Assembly: GCA_963782915.1 (NCBI GenBank)
Contig: CAWALK010000024.1
Coordinates: 101,969-165,968, forward strand
DNA from: an uncultured archaeon
Lineage (GTDB): Archaea; Thermoproteota; Bathyarchaeia; Bathyarchaeales; Bathycorpusculaceae
Direction: 5' to 3'
Length of the DNA: 64,000 bases
Below the pieces are notes generated by a model. That model saw only the letters and a list, made by a program, of their open reading frames with translations. It was not told the DNA's origin and searched no databases. Positions 1 through 10,324 of the stretch are shown here, in pieces. Made by a program: the position numbers and the translations under genes. How positions within the stretch are numbered: position 1 is the first letter of the stretch; each line of letters starts with the position of its first letter.

Positions 1-81
1 AAAAAATACGTTAATCAACCTAAACCCTTTTATTTTACGGATAGGCTTTTCAAGAAATTATTACAGGTAGGTAAGACAAAA

Positions 82-261
82 ATGGTAAAAATTGTTGTCG
101 ATCCTAAATGCACTGGATGCGAAACTTGTGTCAACACTTGCCCAGTCGGCGTTTACGAAATTAAAGCCGGCAAGTCAGTTCCAAGCAAATCAAGCGAATG
201 CTTGGTCTGTAGAGCTTGTGAAGCACAATGCCCCGAAGGTGCAATTCAGGTAATCGAATAA
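82..261 (+). CDS. 2[4Fe-4S] ferredoxin (59 aa; below the ORF-track cutoff)
   Basis: Manual translation MVKIVVDPKCTGCETCVNTCPVGVYEIK...ECLVCRACEAQCPEGAIQVIE*; two CxxCxxCxxxCP motifs. Confidence 0.92.
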   Translation: MVKIVVDPKCTGCETCVNTCPVGVYEIKAGKSVPSKSSECLVCRACEAQCPEGAIQVIE

Positions 262-778
262 AATAGTCTCTCACATTGAGAGAGTTTCCCTTTTATTAAC
301 CTCTAATATTTTTTGTAATTTAACTTTAGTATCGCCGATCTGCCGTACAGAAGTTCAGATTGTTTTATTCCTGAAAATGTTGCCTCGTAAAGAGAGGACC
401 CCCCGATTCTCTCTTTGTGAAAAACTGTTTAGTCTTCTAGGTTTAGTAAGAACTCGACTATTTTGGCTAATTGTTCGGCTGTGACGCGGTCGAGGCTTTG
501 TTCTTCTTCTATGTCAATGAGTGTGTTATCGGTTTGCATAGTTACTGGTATAGGACCGCTTTTGCTATAACAGTATCTCCGAGGCTTACTTCGAAGTTCG
601 AAGTAGCGCTTTTTTGTTGTGTATGCATTTTAACAGTTTCATGTATATTCCATGGCACTTCACCCGCAGTAGCCATGTGAGAGTTGAGCTGGAAGCATTA
701 ATTCGCAGGTTTATCCATGAAAAACAGATTTGGTGGAAAAGTAAAAGTTATATCCCCAAACCACCCTAAACAGAGGTC

Positions 779-1054
779 ATGTCATCTAAAGCTCACTGTT
801 GCCACATACTGGTCAAGACCCTAACAGAAGCAAACGCAGTAAAAGCCCGCTTAGACAAAGGCGAAAAATTCGGTGAAATCGCAAAACAAGTCTCCCTATG
901 CTCATCAGGCAAAAAAGGAGGAGACCTCGGAACCTTCACGCGAGGCAAAATGGTGAAAGAATTCGAGAAAACAGCCTTTGAACTCCAGAAGGGCCAAATT
1001 TCTGCACCGGTCAAAACCCAGTTTGGCTACCACATCATCAAAAGAATAGAATAG
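779..1054 (+). CDS. ppiC: Parvulin-type peptidyl-prolyl cis-trans isomerase
   Basis: HILVK, SLCSSGKKGGDLG, MVKEFE, PVKTQFGYHII motifs. Confidence 0.93.
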   Translation: MSSKAHCCHILVKTLTEANAVKARLDKGEKFGEIAKQVSLCSSGKKGGDLGTFTRGKMVKEFEKTAFELQKGQISAPVKTQFGYHIIKRIE

Positions 1055-1147
1055 CAAAGAACAAATACTCGCTGGAGTCTTTTTTGTTCCAGCCCTTTTA
1101 TTTTCAACATCAAAATAGGATGCTAAGAATTGCAGCTTAAACAGTCC

Positions 1148-1858
1148 ATGTTAACTCAAAAAAGAACCCTTCTTTTCTGCATAGGGTTTCTTCTGGCGTT
1201 TCTGCTAGTTACAATCTTTAGACCAAGCTTTCAGAGCATTGATGTTGCAGTTAACCTTTGGACGCCAACGATTCAATCGCCCATACTAACTTTCTTTGCA
1301 GAAGGAATCGCAATTGTCTTTGATACAACCAGTTTAGTCATCATTTCTATAGTCATATCGGGGATACTTTTCCTAAAAAAGCGCAAACTTGAGGGACTCT
1401 TTTTGTTGGGTGCAATGGGTGGCGACGCATTAATCGTATCAATATTGAAAGCACTTGATCATGTTGCGAGGCCTGCCAACGCGATTGTGTCAGATACGGG
1501 TTTTTCTTATCCGAGCGGCCACAGTGCGGGCGTAGTCGTTTTTATGGGGGTTCTTGCCTATTTTGCGTGGCGTCACTGGCGAAGCACCCGTGCAAGAGCT
1601 GCGATTGGTGTAAGTTTGGGTGTGTTGGTGGGTGTTGTAGGTTTTGACAGAATTTATTTGAATGTTCATTGGCTTAGTGATGTCTTGGGCGGTTGGCTGT
1701 TTGGGGCGTTTTGGTTAGCGTTTGTTATTTTGTTGTTTGGGTGGTTTGAGCGCTCTGTTTGTTTTGAGTCGAAGAGGGTTAATGTTGTGGCTAATTGGCT
1801 TTTTGTTGTTGCGGTGATTGTTGCGGTTTTGGTTGCTTTGTCTGGTTATATCGTTTAG
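1148..1858 (+). CDS. PAP2-family membrane phosphatase
   Basis: K-x6-RP, SYPSGH, RIYLNVHWLSDV motifs; several TM segments. Confidence 0.88.
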   Translation: MLTQKRTLLFCIGFLLAFLLVTIFRPSFQSIDVAVNLWTPTIQSPILTFFAEGIAIVFDTTSLVIISIVISGILFLKKRKLEGLFLLGAMGGDALIVSILKALDHVARPANAIVSDTGFSYPSGHSAGVVVFMGVLAYFAWRHWRSTRARAAIGVSLGVLVGVVGFDRIYLNVHWLSDVLGGWLFGAFWLAFVILLFGWFERSVCFESKRVNVVANWLFVVAVIVAVLVALSGYIV

Positions 1859-1868
1859 TTACATGTTT

Positions 1869-1882
1869 TAAGATATATCTTA
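1869..1882. promoter_or_regulatory. Perfect 14-bp palindrome TAAGATATATCTTA upstream of the copA TATA box, candidate operator
   Basis: Self-complementary sequence ~10 bp upstream of TTTATAT (1893-1899); AT-rich so could be chance. Confidence 0.35.
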
Positions 1883-1944
1883 TACAGACACATTTATATT
1901 TGCGCAGTATCCATCACTAAACAAGCATAAGCGGAAGCAAGCCT

Positions 1945-4365
1945 ATGAGCCAAACCAAAACCAAAAAAATCTCACTCAACATCGGCGGAATGAGCTGCGT
2001 CAACTGTTCACGAGCCATAGAAAAAGCACTAGGCAAACTAAACGGCGTAACCCACGCCACCGTAAATTTGGCAGCAGAAAAAGCCCTCATCGACTACAAC
2101 CCCGACATCGTAGACCAAAAAACCATAGAAGACACCATCACCGAAGTGGGCTACCAAGTCATACACGAAAAAATCAGCATCCAAGTAGGCGGCATGACCT
2201 GCGTAAACTGCGCCAAAAGCATAGAAAAAGCCCTAAACGCCAAAGAAGGAGTTTACAACGCCGTCGTCAACTTCGCCACCGAGCGGGTTTTGGTTGAGTA
2301 CAATTCTGAGCAGATAGGCTTAGCAGGCATAAAAAAGACCATTCAAGATGTCGGCTACGAAGTGGTTGAGCAACAAAAAAATGTTGAAGACACCGAAGGC
2401 AAAGCTCGGCAACGCCATATCCGACGCCTAAAGCTGCTCTTAGTGGCTAGCATCGCATTAACTATTCCAATTATGCTGCTGATGTGGCTTGCACCTCTTC
2501 CCATGGAGCAGAATAACATCTTGATGTTCATCCTTGCAACCCCCGTGCAGTTTGTGGTGGGCTGGACTTTCTACGTCGGCGCATACAAAGGCTTGCGCAA
2601 TAAAACCGCTAACATGGATACCCTAATTGCCATGGGCACTTCGACGGCTTGGATATACAGCACAGTCGTCACCTTTGCCCCAGAAGTCGTTCCCAAATTC
2701 AGCGGTCTTCTTTGACACAGCCGTCATGATAATGACCTTCATCTTAGCCGGCAAACTCTTAGACGCCATCGCAAAAGGCAGAACCTCAGAAGCCATCCGC
2801 AAAATCATGGGGCTCCAAGCCAAAACGGCACGAGTTATCCGAGAAGGCGTAGAAGTTGAGTTGCCAGTGGAAGATGTTCAAGTCGGCGACATCATCGTTG
2901 TGCGTCCAGGAGAAAAAATCCCAGTTGACGGAACCGTCATCGAAGGTTACTCAGCCGTAGACGAGAAAGTCATCACAGGAGAAAGCATCCCTGTTGAGAA
3001 GCGTAAGGGTGACCAAGTCATCGGCGCCACCATGAACAAAACTGGCACATTCAAGTTCCAAGCGACAAAGGTCGGCAAAGATACTGCGCTTGCCCAAATC
3101 ATAGGCTTAGTCGAGGATGCTTTGAGTTCTAAGGCGCCTGTGCAACGGTTAGCCGACATCGCAGCAGGATATTTCGTGCCAGCCATCATCACTATTGCGA
3201 CAGTGTCGGCGTTGGCATGGTATTTCCTGTTTGGTGCAACCTACATCTTCTCGCTTACAGTGTTCATTGCGGTGTTGATTGTCGCTTGCCCATGCGCTCT
3301 TGGGACTCGCCACTCCGACAGCCATCATGGTTGGTGTCGGAAAAGGCGCAGAAAACGGCATCTTAATCAAAAGCGGAGAAGCCCTCGAAACAGCACACAA
3401 ACTCCAAGCAGTCGTATTCGACAAAACAGGCACATTAACCAAGGGCGAACCAGAAGTAACCGACATAGTAACGACCAATGTGCTCAGTGAAGAGCAACTC
3501 CTACAATATGCGGCGGTTGCAGAGAAGAATTCGGAGCATCCACTCGGAGAAGCCATAGTCAAACAGGCAACATCAAGAAACCTCAAAGTGGAGGACCCAG
3601 AAGACTTCAACGCTATTCCAGGTCACGGAGTCGAAGTCAAATACAATGGCACAACGGTGCTGCTGGGTAACCGCAAACTCATGGAAACAAACAGCATAGA
3701 CATAAGCCAACTTGAAGTAAAAATGACGGCATTTGAGGAACAGGGAAAAACAGCCATGCTAATGGCAGTTGACGGAAAAGCAGCAGGATTAATCGCTGTC
3801 GCAGACACCTTAAAGGAGCACTCCGCCGAAGCCGTGAAAGCGCTCAAAGCCATGGGTCTTGAAGTTATCATGCTCACAGGCGACAACCAAAGAACAGCCA
3901 AAGCCATCGCAGCTCAAGTGGGCGTTAACCGCGTATTAGCTGAAGTATTACCAAGCGAGAAGGCTAATGAAATCAAGCGGCTGCAAGGCAGAAGGCAAAG
4001 TCGTGGCGATGGTCGGAGACGGAATCAACGATGCCCCCGCATTGGCACAGGCAAACATTGGAATCGCAGTCGGCACAGGAACAGACGTAGCAGTAGAAAC
4101 AGGCGACATAGTCCTCATCAAAAATGACCTGCGAGATGTCGTAGTTGCCATCCAACTCAGCAGAGCAACAATGCGCAAGATCCGACAGAACCTGTTCTGG
4201 GCATTCTTCTACAACATAGCACTCATCCCATTGGCAGCAGGACTATTCTATCCGTTCCTTCATGTCCTCTTTGACCCAGTTTATGCAGCGGCAGCAATGG
4301 CAACCAGTTCCGTCACGGTAGTTTCGAATGCGGCACTGCTGCGTCGGTTCAAACCAAAACTCTAA
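1945..4365 (+). CDS. copA: Cu(+)-exporting P1B-type ATPase, split over 4 ORFs by three frameshifts (~2700, ~3300, ~3988)
   Basis: Two GMxCxxC metal-binding domains, [27 protein letters not shown] and MxxSS motifs appear in order across consecutive frames. Confidence 0.93.
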
Positions 4366-4402
4366 GTAACCCAAAAAGAATGGATTTGGAGGTGAAACAT
4401 GT

Positions 4403-4597
4403 ATGGCGAAAGATTTAGTTTGCGATATGGATGTTGACGAGAAAACAGCGAAATGGAAGACAGTGTATAAGGGCAAAACCTATTATTTCTGTGCTCCAGG
4501 CTGCAAGAAATCGTTCGAAGCTAACCCTGAAGAATACGTTGGCGACTCAAAGTCTGCTCATGATGGCGGATGCTGCTGCGGCAAACACCAACACTAG
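4403..4597 (+). CDS. YHS/TRASH-domain metal-binding protein (likely copper chaperone)
   Basis: DLVCDMDV, YKGKTYYFCAPGCKKSF; Cys/His tail; GGAGGTGA RBS; directly after copA. Confidence 0.85.
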   Translation: MAKDLVCDMDVDEKTAKWKTVYKGKTYYFCAPGCKKSFEANPEEYVGDSKSAHDGGCCCGKHQH

Positions 4598-4633
4598 CGG
4601 AAAATTTCTTTTTCTTTTTCATCTAACTCTTTT

Positions 4634-5278
4634 TTAGAGTGTGCCCAGCAGGACATGCTCAGCAAACAAGTCCTCGCTGAATGCCCCCATGAATTCGACT
4701 TTTTCGTTGATAACGATTTTGGGTACGCCGATAACGTTGTATTTCATGGCTAAATCAGGGAATTCGCCGCTTTCAATCACGTCTGCTTTGATGAGGTCGC
4801 ATTCGATGGCTAATTTGTGTGCGATGGCTGCGGCGGCTGGACAATGTGGGCAGGTTAGGGTGACGAAGACTTTGATGTTTACGGGCGCTTTAACGTCCTT
4901 TAAAACAGCCTTTGTTTTGTCGGAGAGGTCCGTTGTGCCTTTTGAAACATTGATTATGGCTTCGATAAGGGTTTGCAATTCATATCCGTATGGTATGCCA
5001 TAGATTCTTACGCCGTAGTCTTTTTTGCCGATGACTGCTATGGCGGGGACCCGTTCGATGCCGTATTCTTTTACTTTGGCTGCGTCTGCCATGAAATCGT
5101 AGACTTCAGTTGTTACTTTGTCGCTGATGGTGCCTATTTCTTGGGCTAGTTTTCTTGTTTGGCTGCAGTATTGGCATTCTACTTCTTGGGTGAATGCAAC
5201 GATTTTTACTGGATCAACCAATTTCACGTTGAAGTCGTTTTTTAGTAACTCTTTTTTGTCGTCTGGTAGTAAACTCAA
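4634..5278 (-). CDS. Protein disulfide oxidoreductase (PDO, two thioredoxin folds)
   Basis: CQYC and CPHC motifs, GIPYGYE, VIGVPKIVIN; TTG start behind GGAGG. Confidence 0.9.
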   Translation of the reverse strand: MSLLPDDKKELLKNDFNVKLVDPVKIVAFTQEVECQYCSQTRKLAQEIGTISDKVTTEVYDFMADAAKVKEYGIERVPAIAVIGKKDYGVRIYGIPYGYELQTLIEAIINVSKGTTDLSDKTKAVLKDVKAPVNIKVFVTLTCPHCPAAAAIAHKLAIECDLIKADVIESGEFPDLAMKYNVIGVPKIVINEKVEFMGAFSEDLFAEHVLLGTL

Positions 5279-5431
5279 AAGTGTTGCCTCCACAAAATCC
5301 TCGGTGTTGGGCAAAGTAGAGTTGTATTCTCCTGCATATAGACTTTAAATCAGCTAAGCGCTTTCTAACGAAACCATTATTAGGTGCACAAAGCTGACTT
5401 TTTAGTAAGTTACTGTTTTGGAGCAATTTGT

Positions 5432-6622
5432 ATGGTAAAGGTTACACTGAAAGATGGAGTAAACTGGGTTGGAGTTGTTGATTGGAACATACGGGACTTC
5501 CACGGCTACATCACCTACAGGGGAAGCAGCTACAACGCCTATTTAATTCAGGACGAAAAAACCGCGTTAGTAGACACTGTAAAAGCGGCATTCGCCAATG
5601 AACTAGTCGAACATATCAAGGAACATACCCCGCTTGAAAAAATCGATTACATCATAGTTAACCATGTGGAAATGGATCACTCAAGCAGCTTGCCAGTCAT
5701 CGCCAAACTTGCGCCCCAAGCAAAAATCTACGCTACTGCCCGAGGCAAAGAGGAACTCATCAAGCACTTCGGCGCCGAATTTGAGCGAGTGGAAATCGTC
5801 AAGTCAGGCGACAAAATCGAGTTGGGAAAGAAGACCTTGACTTTCCTTGAAGCGCCGATGCTGCATTGGCCTGATAGCATGTTCACCTATATCATCGAAG
5901 ACAAAATTCTGTTGCCTAACGATGCTTTTGGGCAGCACCTTGCCAGCAGCGGCAGATTCGACGATGAAGTAGACCAGACGATATTAATGGAGGAAGCAGT
6001 CACATACTACGCAAACATCCTCATGCCCTTCTCGCCTCTAATCGTGAAGAAAATTCAGGAAGTCGTCGCCATGAAGCTGCCCATCGACATTATTGGGCCA
6101 AGCCACGGTATCATCTGGCGAAAGGATCCCATGAAAATCGTCAACGCCTACATGGATTGGTGCACAGGCAAAACCGTGAAGAACAAAGCAGTGGTCGTTT
6201 TTGATACAATGTGGGGCAGCACCGACAAGATGGCAAGAGCTATTGGTGAAGGCATCGCCAGTCAAGGTGTCGAAGTCAAGTTGCTGAAGCTAAGGGGCAC
6301 AGACAACACTGATATAGTCACCGAAATCGTCGACACAAAAGCAGTCGTCGTCGGTTCACCGACACTAAACAATGGCATGTTCCCCTCGCTGGGCTCATTT
6401 TTAACCTACATTGGCGGGTTGAAGCCTAAGGGCAAAACCTGGTACTTCTTCGGTTCGTTTGGTTGGGGCGGCGGCGGAGTCCGAAACATGGTAAAGATGG
6501 CTAAAGAATTCGGCTTCGATGTGGTGGAGCCCAGTATGGAGTTTAAGTGGGTTCCAACCGCTGAGGAACTAAAGAAGTGCTTTGAGTTTGGTCAGCAAAT
6601 CGGCCAAAAAATCAAGGCCTAA
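5432..6622 (+). CDS. fprA: Flavodiiron protein (FprA, O2/NO reductase)
   Basis: HVEMDH, HWPDSM, NDAFGQH, PSHG and C-terminal flavodoxin domain (TMWGST, FGSFGWGGG). Confidence 0.95.
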   Translation: MVKVTLKDGVNWVGVVDWNIRDFHGYITYRGSSYNAYLIQDEKTALVDTVKAAFANELVEHIKEHTPLEKIDYIIVNHVEMDHSSSLPVIAKLAPQAKIYATARGKEELIKHFGAEFERVEIVKSGDKIELGKKTLTFLEAPMLHWPDSMFTYIIEDKILLPNDAFGQHLASSGRFDDEVDQTILMEEAVTYYANILMPFSPLIVKKIQEVVAMKLPIDIIGPSHGIIWRKDPMKIVNAYMDWCTGKTVKNKAVVVFDTMWGSTDKMARAIGEGIASQGVEVKLLKLRGTDNTDIVTEIVDTKAVVVGSPTLNNGMFPSLGSFLTYIGGLKPKGKTWYFFGSFGWGGGGVRNMVKMAKEFGFDVVEPSMEFKWVPTAEELKKCFEFGQQIGQKIKA

Positions 6623-6709
6623 TTTTCTTTTTCCTCTTTGTATTTTTTTGGCTACCGCTCGTTCTAAGTTAAATAAAAAGTAAAACAAAAAAGTTAAGGC
6701 TAAAATGCC

Positions 6710-7213
6710 TTACTCAATCTTCATAAAAAAGCTTTTTGCAGTATTGCAAATCGGGCATTTGTCTGGTGTGTTGCCTTCGAATGTGTTACCACAAACTGGA
6801 CAAACATGCAACTCAGCTTTGGGGAGGTCTTGTTTGGTTTTTGCGCTGTCGATTGCTTTTTGGTAGAGGTTAGCATGGATTGCTTCTACTTTGTTGGCGT
6901 AATCGAAGCTTTGTAGGGCTTTTTTGTTGCCTTCAGCTTTGGCTTCTTCGATGAATTGGGGGTACATTTTCGTGAATTCGTAGGTTTCGCCGGAGACCGC
7001 TGTGGATAGGTTGTCGGCTGTGGTTTTGACTTGGCCCATTACGCGGAGGTGGTTGTGGGCATGTACGGTTTCTGCTTCTGCTGCTGCTTTGAAGAGTTTA
7101 GCGATTTGGGGGAATCCTTCCTGTTCTGCTGCTTTGGCGAAGGCGAGGTAGAGTCTGTTTGCTTGGGATTCGCCTGCGAAGGCAGCTTTTAGGTTTTCGT
7201 CAGTTTTAGTCAT
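6710..7213 (-). CDS. rbr: Rubrerythrin
   Basis: AFAGESQA, AETVHA, GETYE, VEAIH and C-terminal CPVCG...CPIC rubredoxin domain. Confidence 0.95.
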   Translation of the reverse strand: MTKTDENLKAAFAGESQANRLYLAFAKAAEQEGFPQIAKLFKAAAEAETVHAHNHLRVMGQVKTTADNLSTAVSGETYEFTKMYPQFIEEAKAEGNKKALQSFDYANKVEAIHANLYQKAIDSAKTKQDLPKAELHVCPVCGNTFEGNTPDKCPICNTAKSFFMKIE

Positions 7214-7508
7214 AAATAAAATCACCATACATTGTTAAGCAAAAAGGAGTAAATAAGCACTTAGCTACCTGTTGTATGCTTGCTATCTTAGTTGCGTTTT
7301 TTCTCTATCCCCCATTATTTATAGGCTCAACAAGTGCAGTTGTGAGTTGACTGGAAGTATGCGTTTGTTGGTTGCCTATTGTGTGGTCTATACGGTTGTT
7401 GGCTGGATTGTTGGGTTGGTAGGCACCTGTTTTAGTGTCTATGTTGTTTTGGGCGCTGGGAGGTACTACCTACCTCAGACATGGACCCCCTCCCCTCTAT
7501 AGTGTAGG

Positions 7509-7555
7509 TTTGTTGCTCTGCCAAGACCCTCCCTACCCCCTATGGTGGAATAGAA
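7509..7555 (+). repeat. Dispersed ~45-bp intergenic motif, copy 1
   Basis: TTTGTTGCTCTGCCAAGACCCTCCCTACCCCCTAT..ATAGAA resembles 26878-26916 (+) and 45631-45672 (-). Confidence 0.5.
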
Positions 7556-7651
7556 AACTGCTCAGTTAACCAAACATGTTAGCCTTAACTCCTTAAAGCA
7601 AAGTATATATGCCCAATTATTCTTTTGGAAATACAGAATTTTGGTGATTTT

Positions 7652-8287
7652 ATGGAGAAAGTAAAAACATTCACTCTACCCAAACTACCCTACGAATACA
7701 ACGCCCTCGCACCCTACATATCCGAGGAGCAACTCAAACTTCATCACGACAAGCACCACCAGAAATACGTCACAGACGCCAACAAACTATTAGCCAGCAT
7801 AGACGAAGCATCCAAAGCAGACCAAACCATCGATTACTGGGTTAGCTTCGGATACGTAAAAGCACTCGCAAAAGAACTGGCCTTCAACGTAGGCGGCCAC
7901 ATGCTACACTCGATTTTCTGGGAAAACATGGCACCCGCAGGCAAAGGCGGCGGAGGAGCCCCCAGTGGAGCCATCGCGGAAATCATAAACAGCAACTTTG
8001 GCAGCTTCGAGAGATTCAAAAAATTATTCAGCGCCGCTGCAGTAAGCACAGAAGGGTCAGGCTGGGCTGCACTCGCAGTTCACCCATGCATCGACAGAGC
8101 CTTCATAGTGCAGATCGAAAAACACAACATCAACATTCCACCCAACTTCACAGTCGTAATGGCCCTTGACGTATGGGAACACGCCTACTACGTTGACTAC
8201 AAGAACGAGCGGCCGAAATTTGTTGAAGCCTTCTGGAATGTCGTCAACTGGGACAGAGTTAACAAAAACTTAGCCCTAGTAAAATAA
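7652..8287 (+). CDS. sod: Fe/Mn superoxide dismutase
   Basis: [40 protein letters not shown]. Confidence 0.96.
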   Translation: MEKVKTFTLPKLPYEYNALAPYISEEQLKLHHDKHHQKYVTDANKLLASIDEASKADQTIDYWVSFGYVKALAKELAFNVGGHMLHSIFWENMAPAGKGGGGAPSGAIAEIINSNFGSFERFKKLFSAAAVSTEGSGWAALAVHPCIDRAFIVQIEKHNINIPPNFTVVMALDVWEHAYYVDYKNERPKFVEAFWNVVNWDRVNKNLALVK

Positions 8288-8331
8288 AACAAAACAGACT
8301 GACCAATCGGTCAGTTTCTTTAATTTCTTTT

Positions 8332-8997
8332 TTAAGCTGGTTTATTTGCCGCTACTTCTTTTAGCACTGCACTTTGCCGTTTAGTGTACCTTGTTGTTAC
8401 GCCTTTTTGGATGTAGATGGATACTGCAGCTATGCTTTTGGTTGGGTCATTACGCATGATAATCGAGTATAGGTGGAATAGTTTGATGCCGACGGGGTCT
8501 TTGGAGATTTGGCCCCCAGTTAATTTTAGGGCTAATGCGATGGCGTCGTTGATGGAGCCGCCTGCTGCAACAATTTTTATTTCATCAAACTTAGCTAACC
8601 GTAACAGGCTAAGGGTGAGTAGGCGCTCAAATGTTGCTGCCCTGCTAACGCTCACTGTCTGCTCCACAACATCAGTCATGGATTTGTCTTCCCTATCAGC
8701 CAACGCAGCGTAATCGCCTGCCTGCTTCTGGGTTAAATGCGCAGAAACTGCAGCTACTGCGCCGAGCGTGGGCACTTCGATGGATGCTATATCGATGTCG
8801 TCAACGTAGGCTTTGGCAATCTCAGTTGCCATGTTAATAGCTGAACAAGCCAAAAAAAGTGAATCGTTTAAGCCAACAACGTTTACTTCGCCTGTTTCCA
8901 TTATGTCAGCGATTATGCCTTCCACTACATCTGTTGTTTTCGCTGAAGCATCTGCGGGTTGGAGGAGTATGATTTTGCCTGTGTTTTCTTGACTCAT
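8332..8997 (-). CDS. Hypothetical protein with two probable Alba-like domains
   Basis: C-terminal half follows the Alba pattern (TVSVS...EIKIVAAGGSINDAIALA...SIAAVSIYIQK); N-terminal half shows a similar repeat. Confidence 0.55.
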   Translation of the reverse strand: MSQENTGKIILLQPADASAKTTDVVEGIIADIMETGEVNVVGLNDSLFLACSAINMATEIAKAYVDDIDIASIEVPTLGAVAAVSAHLTQKQAGDYAALADREDKSMTDVVEQTVSVSRAATFERLLTLSLLRLAKFDEIKIVAAGGSINDAIALALKLTGGQISKDPVGIKLFHLYSIIMRNDPTKSIAAVSIYIQKGVTTRYTKRQSAVLKEVAANKPA

Positions 8998-9056
8998 AGG
9001 GGTGCCTAAAATTAATCCAGCGTTTGCCCATATAACACTTGCCGATGCCCCGCCGT

Positions 9057-9373
9057 TTAGGGTGGCGGAGTGATTTTAATTGCGGCTGCTGGACACTGCA
9101 TCTCACAGGCTAAGCATTGTATGCAGTCTTTTTCGCGGGCTGGGTCAGCTTTGCGATTAGACAAGGGATGCCCAGGTGTATCAACCATATCATAGAGTGA
9201 AACGGGGCAAACGTCTGCGCATACGCCGTCTCCGACGCATACATCCCAATCTACAGCGGCATTTGTTCCATGTACACCCAATGTAGTTGGGGGTTCAACG
9301 GGTCCCCAGACTTTATGTTATTATGTTCATTTACAACTTGGCGTTTAGTTTGAAAATCAGGGTCAATTGGCAA
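9057..9373 (-). CDS. zfx: Zinc-containing (Sulfolobus-type) dicluster ferredoxin; frameshift near 9317
   Basis: Restoring one base gives [36 protein letters not shown]...CVGDGVC...KADP...CIQCLACEMQCP. Confidence 0.85.
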
Positions 9374-9465
9374 AAATAGTTCACCAATTAAACTTCGGAT
9401 GAGCGGAGATATTAGTGTTTCCACAAACCATTTTGGTAGGCTAGTGTTACCAGTAAGTGAGGTTT

Positions 9466-10242
9466 ATGGTTCAATATTACTTGCCCACTGGCATGCGATA
9501 CGCCAGCTTAGATGAGCGTAAACAGTTCTACACAGAAGAATTCAATGTTCAGAAGGTGGCGGAGTGGTTTGAGCATGGATTGGGCTACACCAAGTTTGCG
9601 GTAATCATGGGCAAACACACCAAAATTTTCTTGGAGAAGTATAAGGAGGATGCCTCAACCACCATCTTAATCGACGAATACAAGACCCTCGAAGATGTGC
9701 AGGGGCAAATTGTTGATTTTCTGCCCGAAGCGGTGTATTATGATCGAAACGTCTACGATTCAAACGGTGAAAAGGTGGGGCAGGAATTGGCTTTTGATTT
9801 GGACCCCGAAAACGTCACTTGCCCCGTACATGGCACACTCGCGGACAAGATGAAGCAGAGTCAGGGCTTGAGCTTCTGCGAATTGGAACTGGAGATTATA
9901 AGAAAAGAAGCTATTGGGCTCTACGAGTTTCTTTCAGGGCGGTTTTCTGATTTGCGGGTTGTCTATTCGGGCAGGGGCTTTCATTTGCATGTTTTGGACA
10001 AAGACGCATACGCACTAAGCACTGAAGAACGCCTTAATCTTGCAAGGGAAGCTAAACAGCAGGGATTCCACATAGACGAATGGGTAACCTCAGGCGAATA
10101 CCGCTTAATCCGTTTGCCCTATAGCCTCAACGGATTAGTCTCACGAATTGTTTTGCCATTAAAAAAGAAAGAGTTAGAAAGCTTCGACGCCGTACATGAC
10201 AGCCGCTGCATTCCAAAATTTTTGGATAGCTCTACTTTTTGA
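9466..10242 (+). CDS. Archaeo-eukaryotic primase catalytic-subunit (PriS-like) protein
   Basis: ELAFDLD, YSGRGFHLHV, RLIRLPYSLNG motifs; CPVH...C possible Zn site. Confidence 0.85.
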   Translation: MVQYYLPTGMRYASLDERKQFYTEEFNVQKVAEWFEHGLGYTKFAVIMGKHTKIFLEKYKEDASTTILIDEYKTLEDVQGQIVDFLPEAVYYDRNVYDSNGEKVGQELAFDLDPENVTCPVHGTLADKMKQSQGLSFCELELEIIRKEAIGLYEFLSGRFSDLRVVYSGRGFHLHVLDKDAYALSTEERLNLAREAKQQGFHIDEWVTSGEYRLIRLPYSLNGLVSRIVLPLKKKELESFDAVHDSRCIPKFLDSSTF

Positions 10243-10324
10243 CGGCTGTTGCTTTCTTTTCGCCTTTGCTGTAGTAGGCTTGCTTTTTCTTTTGTTCTTC
10301 TGCTGAAACTGGTTTTTTGGACAT
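10232..10324 (-). CDS. Putative 30-aa Lys-rich microprotein
   Basis: MSKKPVSAEEQKKKQAYYSKGEKKATAVKK*; TATA-like TTTAAG upstream; short, unverified. Confidence 0.35.
   Translation of the reverse strand: MSKKPVSAEEQKKKQAYYSKGEKKATAVKK

Noticed and set aside
428-680. Possible small gene between the ferredoxin and parvulin
   Set aside because: Only short fragments on either strand with no recognisable motif
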